A stretch of DNA of 26,638 nt, from positions 729 through 27,366 of the forward strand of contig CAZVMA010000002.1 in NCBI GenBank assembly GCA_964628545.1, given 5' to 3'. The number at the start of each line of letters is the position of its first letter. Position 1 is the stretch's first letter. The notes beneath the pieces are model-generated. The model saw nothing but the letters and a program-made list of their open reading frames with translations. It ran no database searches and was not told where the DNA came from. Positions 16,708-25,187 of the stretch are shown piece by piece. The DNA is from an uncultured Pseudomonadales bacterium. GTDB taxonomy: Bacteria; Pseudomonadota; Gammaproteobacteria; Pseudomonadales; Azotimanducaceae. Both the position numbers and the translations under genes were made by a program.

Positions 16708-17481
16708 TCAGGTCGGCTGGCCGCCCGCCACGTCGAGGTACTGGCCCGTGATCCAGGCTGCGGCAGGTGAAGCGAAGAACACGGCGGCCGCCGCGCAATC
16801 CTCTGGTGTGCCAGTGCGACCCAGCGGAATGACTTTGCCAAAGCTTTCCTCGGCCTGATCCGCCGACACCTGCATGGTTTCGGTCAACATTTCGGTGACG
16901 ATGATGCCTGGGGCGATGCAGTTCACGGTGATGCCGCGCGGCGCCAGCTCGACCGCCAGTGTGCGCGTCATCGAAATCATGCCCATGTTCGCCGCGGAGT
17001 AGACACCGAAACCAGGCGACGGCTTGTGCGCGGCGATCGAGATGATGCTGATGATGCGGCCGCCATGCTGCATGCGTTTTGCCGCCTGTTGCGCACCCCA
17101 GAACTTGGTCTTCATATTGAGCGCCAGCTGCTCGTCGAACTTCGCGAGCGGAATATCGGGCAGCGCGTACATCTTGCGATCGAGGTTGCCGCCGGCATTG
17201 TTCACCATGATGTCGAGGCGACCCCACGTCGCGACCACTTCATCGAGCACGCGCGGGATTGCGTCGAAATCCATGACGTCGGCGGCCAGGGCCAGCGCAC
17301 GCCGCCCGCGCGCGCGAATTTCCTCCGCTACCGCATCGACATCGGCCTGACGCCGCGCCACCACGCACACGTCCGCGCCGCAGTCTGCGAGGCCAAGCGC
17401 GATGCCGCGACCGATGCCGCGCCCGCCGCCCGTGACCACCGCCACCTGCCCATCCAACCGGAACTGCTCATGCATTCCCAT
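16708..17481 (-). CDS. Short-chain dehydrogenase/reductase with atypical YxxxN active site
   Basis: TGGGRGIG, VNNAGG, ISS-equivalent IIS, YSAAN, VNCIAPG, WITGQ; AGGAG RBS. Confidence 0.93.
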   Translation of the reverse strand: MGMHEQFRLDGQVAVVTGGGRGIGRGIALGLADCGADVCVVARRQADVDAVAEEIRARGRRALALAADVMDFDAIPRVLDEVVATWGRLDIMVNNAGGNLDRKMYALPDIPLAKFDEQLALNMKTKFWGAQQAAKRMQHGGRIISIISIAAHKPSPGFGVYSAANMGMISMTRTLAVELAPRGITVNCIAPGIIVTEMLTETMQVSADQAEESFGKVIPLGRTGTPEDCAAAAVFFASPAAAWITGQYLDVAGGQPT

Positions 17482-17496
17482 CGCACCGTTCTCCTG

Positions 17497-17518
17497 TTCA
17501 AATCACCATTCAAATCAC
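17497..17518 (+). repeat. TTCAAATCAC direct repeat (12-bp period) in a 51-bp divergent intergenic region
   Basis: TTCAAATCAC-CA-TTCAAATCAC lies between the two RBSs. Confidence 0.8.
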
Positions 17519-17532
17519 TGCCGGAGACCACC

Positions 17533-17994
17533 ATGTCGTCACCGACGCTCGAGGCTCGCCTGACCCGTCTTGAAGACATCGAGGCGATCCGTCAACTGAA
17601 AGCCCGCTATTGCGCGGGCTGCGATGCCGACCACGATCCGGCTCTACTCGGCCCGCTGTTCCACGACGACGGCGTGTGGGAAGCGTCAGGCATCGGTCGC
17701 TTCGAGGGCCGCAGCGCCATCGAAGGCTACTTTGCCGGCCTTCGCGCTACGGGCCGCATCCGCAATTCCGAGCACAACGCCGTGAATCCGCTGATCGAGA
17801 TCGAAGGCGATACCGCGCAGGGTCACTGGCGCCTGCTCATGCTCTACACCGCCAACGTGCCCGACGGCCCACCCCAGTTCTTCCGCATCATTGGCTGGTA
17901 CCGGGAGCGCTACCGCAAGGTTGCGGGTGAGTGGCGCTTTCAGAGCCTGTTCTGTCAGGTCGAGGAGCACGCGGCGTATCGCTTGGCCGAGTGA
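17533..17994 (+). CDS. SnoaL-like/NTF2 family protein (BaiE/LinA-type)
   Basis: LEDIEAIRQLKARYCAGCD, SEHNAVNPLIEIEGDTAQGHW, GWYRERYRKVAGEWRF; GGAG RBS. Confidence 0.9.
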   Translation: MSSPTLEARLTRLEDIEAIRQLKARYCAGCDADHDPALLGPLFHDDGVWEASGIGRFEGRSAIEGYFAGLRATGRIRNSEHNAVNPLIEIEGDTAQGHWRLLMLYTANVPDGPPQFFRIIGWYRERYRKVAGEWRFQSLFCQVEEHAAYRLAE

Positions 17995-18009
17995 TTATCG
18001 GCCGCCTGG

Positions 18010-18699
18010 CTAAGGCGCCAGCACCACCTCTTCTTCGGCCAGCACCAGCAGGACTGAATTAGGGTCAACGAAATTGCGAGCATCCGCCCCCTGATCCTCG
18101 CGCATCTGGCGCGAGGCCATGCTGGCGCGCGCGGATTCAACATCCGGCCAGAACAGCTCTGTGACCGCATCGAACGGCGGCACCGAGCCATCCGACCAGG
18201 ACGGCACCACCATATGGCACTGCCGGTAACAGAGCGCGGATTCGGTGAGTGCGGCGATCGGGCCGTGCCGATAGCGCCAGTGCGCCGCGAAAGCGGGCAT
18301 GGCGAGATCAGACCGGCGTCGGAACGGAAACACGCCTTTGATTCCCGGTGTTGTCGTGTGCGCCGGAAGGCGCATGACGATGTGGTCGCTGCCGGTAACC
18401 ACGGCAAACACGGCGGCGCCCGGGGCCAGCAGCGGCGCCAGCCGGGTGGGTTCACTGGCCAACGCGCGGGCATCGGCCACGTCGGTAAACAGGCACTCGG
18501 CCACGCCGGCAAAGGCGGTCGGTTCGCGGCCTTCGATCTGTTGTGCCAGCGCGCGCGACTGGGTGTAACCGCGCGCCGGGACGCCCACCGCATGCAGGCG
18601 TCGACGCGCCTCTTCGCCCCTCGCAGCGAATGGATCTGCAGCAGCGCCCGAGCCAATCGCGGTGGCCGGCATCCGCAGGAACAGCATGGTTCTGATCAT
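18010..18699 (-). CDS. EthD-domain protein (two-domain)
   Basis: FAAHWRYRHGPIA, YRQCH, FDAVTELFWPD, DARNFVD; degenerate N-terminal copy (GYTQS...FAGVAECLFTD); GAGGAG RBS. Confidence 0.8.
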   Translation of the reverse strand: MIRTMLFLRMPATAIGSGAAADPFAARGEEARRRLHAVGVPARGYTQSRALAQQIEGREPTAFAGVAECLFTDVADARALASEPTRLAPLLAPGAAVFAVVTGSDHIVMRLPAHTTTPGIKGVFPFRRRSDLAMPAFAAHWRYRHGPIAALTESALCYRQCHMVVPSWSDGSVPPFDAVTELFWPDVESARASMASRQMREDQGADARNFVDPNSVLLVLAEEEVVLAP

Positions 18700-18734
18700 C
18701 GCGTCTCCTCTCCCCTCGCGCGCGGTGAGCCTCC

Positions 18735-18763
18735 GTTATAGCACTGTCTTGCGCCCAGGCGAA
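18735..18763 (-). promoter_or_regulatory. Candidate sigma70-type promoter for the EthD gene
   Basis: TTCGCC-17 bp-TATAAC with a TG extension (TGCTATAAC), about 35 bp upstream of the ATG. Confidence 0.35.
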
Positions 18764-18790
18764 CGTCTCAAGATCCAGACGCGCGGGTTA

Positions 18791-18806
18791 CATGCACGGC
18801 CGCTGG
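18791..18806. promoter_or_regulatory. Degenerate copy of the ATGCA-N4-TGCAT site upstream of Rieske 3
   Basis: CATGCACGGCCGCTGG matches the reverse complement of 6945-6960 at 13/16 positions; -10-like TATAGT at 18852-18857. Confidence 0.35.
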
Positions 18807-18899
18807 TCAGGGCGAAGGACAGACCCGTGGATCACGGCACCAAACGGGCGTTATAGTCCAGATGCTCGGCGGGGGCCGACGCTAACCGGGGAGGAACCC

Positions 18900-20282
18900 A
18901 TGAAATTCGATCTGTACGCACCCGGTGACCCGGGTCTGGCGCCGGGCGAAGCCCGCTGCCCTGGGCCGAACGCCCAGCAGATTCTGGATCGGGACGGCGA
19001 TCAGCCACCGGCCGCCCTGCGGGCGCAGCGCTACGAATTCCTGGGCGACCAGGATCTGCCCTACCACCGCTACACGTCGCAGGCGTTTTTCGACCAAGAA
19101 ATCGAACACATGTGGCGCCGCGTCTGGCAGTGGGCCTGTCGCGAGGAACACGTGCCAAACCCGGGCGATTACTGGGTGCATGATGTCGGGCCCTACTCGG
19201 CCATCATCGTGCGCGGCGCCGACCGGCGTATCCGCGCATTCGTTAACGCCTGTCCGCATCGGGGCATGCAGTTCGCCGACGCCGGCAGCACCGGCACCGG
19301 CAAACAGTTCCTGCGCTGCCCATTCCACGGCATGTCGTGGCAGCTGGACGGCGCGCTGCGCGAGATTCCCTGCCGCTGGGATTTTCCCCACATCGACGAC
19401 GCCTCGTTCCGTCTGGACGAACTGCCCTGCGACACCTGGGGTGGCTTCGTGTTCATCAGCTTCGACAACAACGTCGGCTCGCTGCGGGACTATCTCGAGG
19501 TGCTGCCCGAGCACTTTGCCGAGACGCCGCTCGAGAATCGCTACGTCGCCCTGCATATGGAGAAGGTCCTGCCCGGCAACTGGAAGATGTGCATGGAAGG
19601 CTTCCTCGAAGCCTTTCACGTGCTGGCCACACATCCACGCGGGCTGCGGGCGTCCGCCTGGGCCAACACCCAATACGACATCTTCAGCCCGCATGTGACG
19701 CGGTTCCTGCAGAACCTGTCGGCAGGCAACCCGCATTTCGAGCGCGAGGTCAGTCAGAGAGAACTGTTCGAATTTCTGGGCCATGATCCGGCCGACCTGC
19801 CCGAAGGCATGTTCGCGCGAAACCGCCACGCAGAGATTCTGCGCGAGCGCATGGGTGCTGCGATGGACGTGGACCTGTCAAACGTGTCCACCAGCATCAT
19901 GCTCGACTCAATCGAGTATCACCTGTTTCCGAACGCCTGTTTCTTTCCCGGCATCACGATTCCCCTGATCTACCGCTTTCGACCACTGACGGTGGATACC
20001 TGCATTCACGAGATCCTGATGCTGCAGCCGGTGCCGGAGCACGGGCCGCGACCGAAGCCGGCCGAGCGCGTGCGGGTGGGGCTGGACCAGTCCTACACCG
20101 AAGTCGAGGCGTTCGCGACAAACCGACTGGCCGCCGTGCTGGACGAGGACACCGACAACTTTCGGCGTCAGTGGGCCGGCATGAAGGCATCGCGCAAGCG
20201 CGGCCAGACGCTTGGCAACTATCAGGAGGCCCGCATCCGCCATTTTCACCACGTGCTCGACCGGTATCTGGCCAACGATTGA
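18900..20282 (+). CDS. Rieske non-heme iron oxygenase alpha subunit (3), close paralog of 13805-15211
   Basis: CPHRG...CPFH; NWKMCMEGFLEAFHVLATH; YHLFPN; DED; GGGGAGG RBS before ATG 18900. Confidence 0.95.
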   Translation: MKFDLYAPGDPGLAPGEARCPGPNAQQILDRDGDQPPAALRAQRYEFLGDQDLPYHRYTSQAFFDQEIEHMWRRVWQWACREEHVPNPGDYWVHDVGPYSAIIVRGADRRIRAFVNACPHRGMQFADAGSTGTGKQFLRCPFHGMSWQLDGALREIPCRWDFPHIDDASFRLDELPCDTWGGFVFISFDNNVGSLRDYLEVLPEHFAETPLENRYVALHMEKVLPGNWKMCMEGFLEAFHVLATHPRGLRASAWANTQYDIFSPHVTRFLQNLSAGNPHFEREVSQRELFEFLGHDPADLPEGMFARNRHAEILRERMGAAMDVDLSNVSTSIMLDSIEYHLFPNACFFPGITIPLIYRFRPLTVDTCIHEILMLQPVPEHGPRPKPAERVRVGLDQSYTEVEAFATNRLAAVLDEDTDNFRRQWAGMKASRKRGQTLGNYQEARIRHFHHVLDRYLAND

Positions 20283-20360
20283 GAGGGTGCGGCGCGGCTT
20301 GCGCGCGCCGAACGACCTGTCCTACCGAATCCGCACACCAACACGCTCCGGAGACCCAGC

Positions 20361-20885
20361 ATGAATCCAGGTGAAATTCCGTCGCTCGAGGAAACGCGCG
20401 ACCGACTGGCCATCCAGGCCCTGCTGGCCGCGCACTCGCGCGGCGTCGACCGCGCTGATGGCGAACTGCTGAAGGCCTGTTACTGGCCCGAAGCAGAAGT
20501 GGCCTACGGCGGCTTCAACGGTCCGGCCCACACGTTTTGCGAGAATCTGCCCGCCGGCATCAAGCGCTACACGGCCACGCAGCACTGCATCGGCAACACG
20601 CAGATCGTCTTCAACGGCGACCTGGCGGACGTCGAGACCTACGTCTACGCCGGGCACTACCTGCGACCGGGCGCCGATCACCCGGGCCAGGAAATGATCT
20701 TCTTCGGCCGGTATCTCGATCGCGTGGAACGGCGCGGCAACTGCTGGAAGATCCGCTTCAGACGCGTGGTGATGGACTGGAACGAATTCCTGACGCCGTC
20801 GTCCGTTGACCAGGGCCCGCCGTTCGACGGCCTCGCGCGCGGCGCGCGGGCGCCCGACGACCCCTTGTACCAGGTCGGCGCATAG
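20361..20885 (+). CDS. SnoaL-like/NTF2 family protein
   Basis: DRLAIQALLAAHSRGVDRAD, TQHCIGN, GRYLDRVERR..WKIRFRRVV; GGAG RBS. Confidence 0.9.
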   Translation: MNPGEIPSLEETRDRLAIQALLAAHSRGVDRADGELLKACYWPEAEVAYGGFNGPAHTFCENLPAGIKRYTATQHCIGNTQIVFNGDLADVETYVYAGHYLRPGADHPGQEMIFFGRYLDRVERRGNCWKIRFRRVVMDWNEFLTPSSVDQGPPFDGLARGARAPDDPLYQVGA

Positions 20886-20911
20886 CGCCCCCCGGCGCTG
20901 GCCGGAGGGCG
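20886..20911. terminator. Hairpin between convergent genes
   Basis: CGCCC-C-CCGGC GCTG GCCGG-A-GGGCG immediately after the stop codon. Confidence 0.45.
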
Positions 20912-20965
20912 ATCGACGCCGCCTCGCCTCGGCCTGGCCGTCCGGGGAGGAAAAATGGAACTCTG

Positions 20966-22978
20966 TCAGGGGCGCGGCAGGCGATACGCAATGAGGTGAT
21001 CGCTGGCCGGCGCCGGCGAGGTGAAATGACCGCCTGCGGCGATCACCACGTACTGCCGGCCATTGACGGCATAAGACATCGGCACCGCGTTGCCGCTGGA
21101 GGGCATCTCGTCTGCCCACAGTTCCGCACCGGTTTCGATGTCGAACGCACGAATGTGCCGATCAGCGGACGCGGCGATGAACACAAGGCCGCTGGCCGTC
21201 ACCATCGGCCCGCCCATCTCGATGCCGCCCCGCATCTTCGACAACGGCCACGGCGCCTGATGCTTGAGCGTCCCCAGCGGCACACGCCAGCGGATCTTGC
21301 CGGTATCCAGATCAACTGCTGACAGGGTGCTCCACGGTGGTTTGGTGCACGGCGCGCCCCAGGGCGACAGGAACGGGCGCATGTTCACGCAATAGGGCGA
21401 ATCCTCCTGCGGGAACGCGCTGTCCGGCCCGCATTCCGCGCGCGGAACGAGCTGCACCACCATGCCGACATGCTTGGTGTTGGCAATCATCAGGCGACGC
21501 CCGGGATCAACTGCGGGCGCACCCCAGTTCTGCCCGCCGATGTTGGACGGGTACATGACCAGACCCCTGGTGCTGATGGGCGTATAGATCGGGCCGGTGG
21601 TCATGGCCTCGAGCTGGTCCCGGCACTGGCCTTTGTCCCAGAAGGTGAAGCCCCAGGCATCGTCGGGCGAAATGCCCAATTGATGCAGCGGTTCCGGCAG
21701 CAGCGGAAACGGCTGCGTGGGACTGAGATATTCGCCCGGCACCGCGCCGGTCTGGGGCACAGGACGTTCCTCGACGGGAAACAGAGGCGCTCCGGTTTCC
21801 CGATCAAGCACGAAGGTCAGACCCATCTTGGTGACCTGCACCACGGCCGGCCGAGTCCGGCCGTCGATGGTGACATCGGTGAGCGTCGGTTGGGCCGGGA
21901 CATCGAAATCCCAGATGTCGTGATGCACCGTCTGGTAGTGCCAGACCACCTTGCCGGTGGCGCCGTCCAGAGCCACCACGGAGCTGGAGTAGTGGTCGAG
22001 ATTGCCCTGGCGATCGCCGCCGTAGTAGTCGGGCGAGGTGTTGCCGGTGGGGACAAACACCAGGTTGCGCGCGGCATCGACGCTGATGATCGACCAGGCA
22101 TTGGTGGTGCCACTGACCCAGCGTCCGGAAGCATCCCTTTCCGCCATGCCGGGCGGCACTGGATTCCACGCCCAGCGCAGCGCTCCGGTGCGCACGTCGT
22201 AGGCCCGCACCACCCCGGCAGGAACGTCCTTGCGCAGGCTGTCGATCACCCGCGAGCCAATGATCAAGGTATCACCCAGCACGGCGGCCGGACTGGTGAG
22301 GTTGTAGTCACCCGGCGCATGCGCCGCCATGCCTGCGCTGATATCGATTTCGCCGTTGCTGCCAAAGTCCGCGCAGCGGGCACCGGTTCGACCGTCGAGC
22401 ACGATCAGTCGCGCGTCAAGCGTGCCGAGCACGATGCGGTGCGCACAGGGCGCGTCTGCAGGCAACCCGGGATCGGTCCAGCTGCTGACCGCGCGGCAGT
22501 TGGTAAGCGACTGCTTCGACATGTCGATGCCCGGGTCGAAAACCCACCGTTCGACCCCGGTTTCGGGATCGAGGGCAAAAACACGGTTGTACGGCGTGCA
22601 GTAATACAGCGTGTCGTGCGCCACGATGGGCGTCGCCATGAACGCAGTGGCGGACAGGGCGTCGCCGTCGAAACCTTCGACGCCGCGAATCACCCCCTGA
22701 CGGAAATCGCCGGAACGATGCGTCCAGGCCACCTCCAGGGTGTGGACGTTGGCGGGCGTAATCTCGGCCGCTGGGCTGAAATGGCCGCCACCGTCGGCGC
22801 CGCCGTACGCCGGCCAGCCGACGGCAGCCGGGGGGGCTGCGGCCGCCTGCGACGCAGCCACTGCTGTTGCCGCCCTCTCGTTCGCGGACCCTTCTCTGGT
22901 GCCCGCTTCCGCGAGTAGGAGACAGGCCTCAAGCCCTACCAAACCGGCCAGCAGCAGCGCCACCACACCTCTGCGCAT
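20966..22978 (-). CDS. PQQ-dependent dehydrogenase (glucose/quinate/shikimate dehydrogenase-like catalytic domain, exported)
   Basis: WPAYGG..GGGHFSP, ATPIV, ALDPETG..RW propeller repeats, HHDIWDFDVPAQP, KPPW, AVPMSY; single N-terminal hydrophobic segment. Confidence 0.92.
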   Translation of the reverse strand: MRRGVVALLLAGLVGLEACLLLAEAGTREGSANERAATAVAASQAAAAPPAAVGWPAYGGADGGGHFSPAAEITPANVHTLEVAWTHRSGDFRQGVIRGVEGFDGDALSATAFMATPIVAHDTLYYCTPYNRVFALDPETGVERWVFDPGIDMSKQSLTNCRAVSSWTDPGLPADAPCAHRIVLGTLDARLIVLDGRTGARCADFGSNGEIDISAGMAAHAPGDYNLTSPAAVLGDTLIIGSRVIDSLRKDVPAGVVRAYDVRTGALRWAWNPVPPGMAERDASGRWVSGTTNAWSIISVDAARNLVFVPTGNTSPDYYGGDRQGNLDHYSSSVVALDGATGKVVWHYQTVHHDIWDFDVPAQPTLTDVTIDGRTRPAVVQVTKMGLTFVLDRETGAPLFPVEERPVPQTGAVPGEYLSPTQPFPLLPEPLHQLGISPDDAWGFTFWDKGQCRDQLEAMTTGPIYTPISTRGLVMYPSNIGGQNWGAPAVDPGRRLMIANTKHVGMVVQLVPRAECGPDSAFPQEDSPYCVNMRPFLSPWGAPCTKPPWSTLSAVDLDTGKIRWRVPLGTLKHQAPWPLSKMRGGIEMGGPMVTASGLVFIAASADRHIRAFDIETGAELWADEMPSSGNAVPMSYAVNGRQYVVIAAGGHFTSPAPASDHLIAYRLPRP

Positions 22979-22987
22979 GGTGCTGCC

Positions 22988-23398
22988 TCAGCGGATCACG
23001 CCGTACACCCGTTCGGGTGTGAGGCGCAGGATGACCCGTGACTGCGCGGCCAGCCAGCCGGGCAGATCTTCCGGCTCCTGATAGCCGGTGCCCTGGATGT
23101 TCGCGAACACCAGCCGCGTGGCGCGAACCAGATCGCTGGTCTCTACCGAGACGCGCCCCTCAACGGAGACGAAATTGAACGGCTCGGCATTGCTGATCAC
23201 GCACAGGGTGGCGCGCGGGTCGCGATCCAGTGAGCGCCGCTTGAAGGTGCCGCCGGGGGTGCTGATCACCAGCGTATCGCCATCGCGCGCATAGGCCACC
23301 ACCGAGCTCGAGGCCGCACCGCCCTTGCGCAGCGTGGTCAGAACCGCCCAACGATGTGCGGTGATGAACGCGTCCCAGTTCGATCGGTCGGAAATCAT
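22988..23398 (-). CDS. PPOX-class split beta-barrel flavin/F420-binding oxidoreductase
   Basis: AVLTTLRKGG, STPGGTFKRRSLDRDPRATLCV, FVSVEG, RVILRLTPER; alternative GTG start at 23419. Confidence 0.82.
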   Translation of the reverse strand: MISDRSNWDAFITAHRWAVLTTLRKGGAASSSVVAYARDGDTLVISTPGGTFKRRSLDRDPRATLCVISNAEPFNFVSVEGRVSVETSDLVRATRLVFANIQGTGYQEPEDLPGWLAAQSRVILRLTPERVYGVIR

Positions 23399-23511
23399 CG
23401 TGCCCCCCAGCACCCTCACTTATTTCAACCCTACACCGGATCGGCCCGGGATTGCCACGCCACGCCCGCCCGAACCATCATGCTGCTCGGGACTGAACGA
23501 GGGGGGCCGGC

Positions 23512-25167
23512 ATGACTGTCGACTTGGCGCGCGTGACGGACGTTGTGGTGCTGGGTAGCGGCGCCGCGGGGCTCGCAGCGGCGATCGCGGCGCACGACGA
23601 GGGCGCATCGGTGCTGCTGTTGGAAAAAGCAGATCTGATCGGCGGTACCAGCGCCACTTCGGGCGGAATCGTCTGGGCTCCGAACAACCCGCACATGGCG
23701 GCACTCGGGCTGGTCGACTCCACCGAAGACGCGATGGCCTACCTCGAATCCCTGTCGCTGGGGGTCATGGACATGACGCTCGCGCGCACGTTCGTGGAAA
23801 CGGCGCCGACGGTCATCAGCGATCTCGAGGCGCGCACGCCGCTGCGCTTTCACGTGGCCGAAGGGTATCCCGATTACCACCCGGAACATCCGGGCGGCAA
23901 GCCGCAGGGCGGACGATCGCTGGACCCGGATCTGTTTCCGTTTGCGCGTCTGGGCGCCTGGGGTGCTCGCGTGAACCGGCTCGTCACCGACCTGCATCCG
24001 CAAGCGCCCGTAGTGCCGATCACGCTGGTCGAATCGATGGGGGCAGGCCTGCCGTCCCCCGAAACCCTCGCCGCGCGCGCGGCGGAGGATGCGCGCGGCA
24101 TGGGTCAGGCGCTGGTGGGCGCACTGCTCGCTGCTTGCCTTGAGCGCGGCATCACCGTGGCAACCGGCGTGCGAGCGCGCGACTTGTTGCGCGATGGCCG
24201 CGCGGTCGTCGGCGTCACCGTCGAGCATGCAGGCGTGCGGACGGACATTCACGCCCGCCGAGGCGTGATCATTGCCACCGGCGGTTTCGAGTGGAACCCC
24301 GCGCTGACGGCGGCATTCCTGCGCGGTCCTCTGCACGGGCCCGCGAGCGTGCCCGAAAACGAGGGCGACGGCCTGTTGATGGCCATGTCAGTCGGCGCGA
24401 GCCTTGGCAACATGAGCGAAGCCTGGTGGATGCCCACCATTCCCATTCCTGGCGAAACTGTGCGCGGCCAGCCGCTGCACCGACTGTGTCTGGCAGAGCG
24501 CACCCTGCCCGGCTCGATCATGGTGAACGTCAAAGGGCGCAGGTTCGCGAACGAAGCCGCCAACTACAACGATATCGGGCGCGCTTTCCACACCTTCGAC
24601 CCCACGCATTTCGCGTTCGAGAACAACCCCGCGTGGCTGATCTTTGATGAAGCCTTCCGCTGCCGCTATCCGGTGGCCGGATTTGCGCCCGGCCGGGCGC
24701 CCGAGGGCCTGATTCGATCGGCCCCCGATCTGGCCGCCCTGGCCGAGACAATCTCGGTCCCGGCGGACAGCTTGGAAACCACGATCACGCGCTTCAACGA
24801 TGGCGCCACCCGCGGCGTCGACCCGGACTTCCAGCGCGGCGTCAGCGCCTATGACAGCTACAACGGCGATCGCTCGCAGCCGCCGCCGTTCGCCACGCTG
24901 CGTCCGCTGGGCCCTGGCCCGTATCACGCCGTGCGGGTGGTTTCTGGCGCACTCGGCACCAAGGGCGGCCCCCGCACTGACAGCCGGGCGCGGGTTCTGG
25001 ACACCGCGGGGCAGATCATTCCCGGCCTATACGCCGCCGGCAACGCCATGGCGGGGGCGACCGGGATGGTGTACGGCGGCGCCGGCGGAACGCTTGGACC
25101 GGCACTGACCTTCGGCTGGATTGCGGGCCGGGATGCGGCGCACGCGGGGCCAGGCCGAAACGACTGA
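23512..25167 (+). CDS. FAD-dependent oxidoreductase, 3-ketosteroid-delta1-dehydrogenase-like
   Basis: VVLGSGAAG, GGTSATSGG, YPDYHPE.PGG, ATGGFEWN, RFANEAANY, GTKGG, PGLYAAGN, YGGAGGTLG. Confidence 0.88.
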   Translation: MTVDLARVTDVVVLGSGAAGLAAAIAAHDEGASVLLLEKADLIGGTSATSGGIVWAPNNPHMAALGLVDSTEDAMAYLESLSLGVMDMTLARTFVETAPTVISDLEARTPLRFHVAEGYPDYHPEHPGGKPQGGRSLDPDLFPFARLGAWGARVNRLVTDLHPQAPVVPITLVESMGAGLPSPETLAARAAEDARGMGQALVGALLAACLERGITVATGVRARDLLRDGRAVVGVTVEHAGVRTDIHARRGVIIATGGFEWNPALTAAFLRGPLHGPASVPENEGDGLLMAMSVGASLGNMSEAWWMPTIPIPGETVRGQPLHRLCLAERTLPGSIMVNVKGRRFANEAANYNDIGRAFHTFDPTHFAFENNPAWLIFDEAFRCRYPVAGFAPGRAPEGLIRSAPDLAALAETISVPADSLETTITRFNDGATRGVDPDFQRGVSAYDSYNGDRSQPPPFATLRPLGPGPYHAVRVVSGALGTKGGPRTDSRARVLDTAGQIIPGLYAAGNAMAGATGMVYGGAGGTLGPALTFGWIAGRDAAHAGPGRND

Positions 25168-25187
25168 GCTAACAGGAGCGGAAACGC

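Noticed and set aside
17026..17532. N-terminal extension making the SnoaL protein 322 aa
   Set aside because: The extension overlaps the SDR on the opposite strand; ATG 17533 has a GGAG RBS and a family-typical start
21895..21930. WDFD motif as a lanthanide-binding signature in the PQQ enzyme
   Set aside because: The D-x-D test applies to the XoxF/ExaF/PedH alcohol dehydrogenases; mGDH-type enzymes carry WDxD anyway, so it is not diagnostic here
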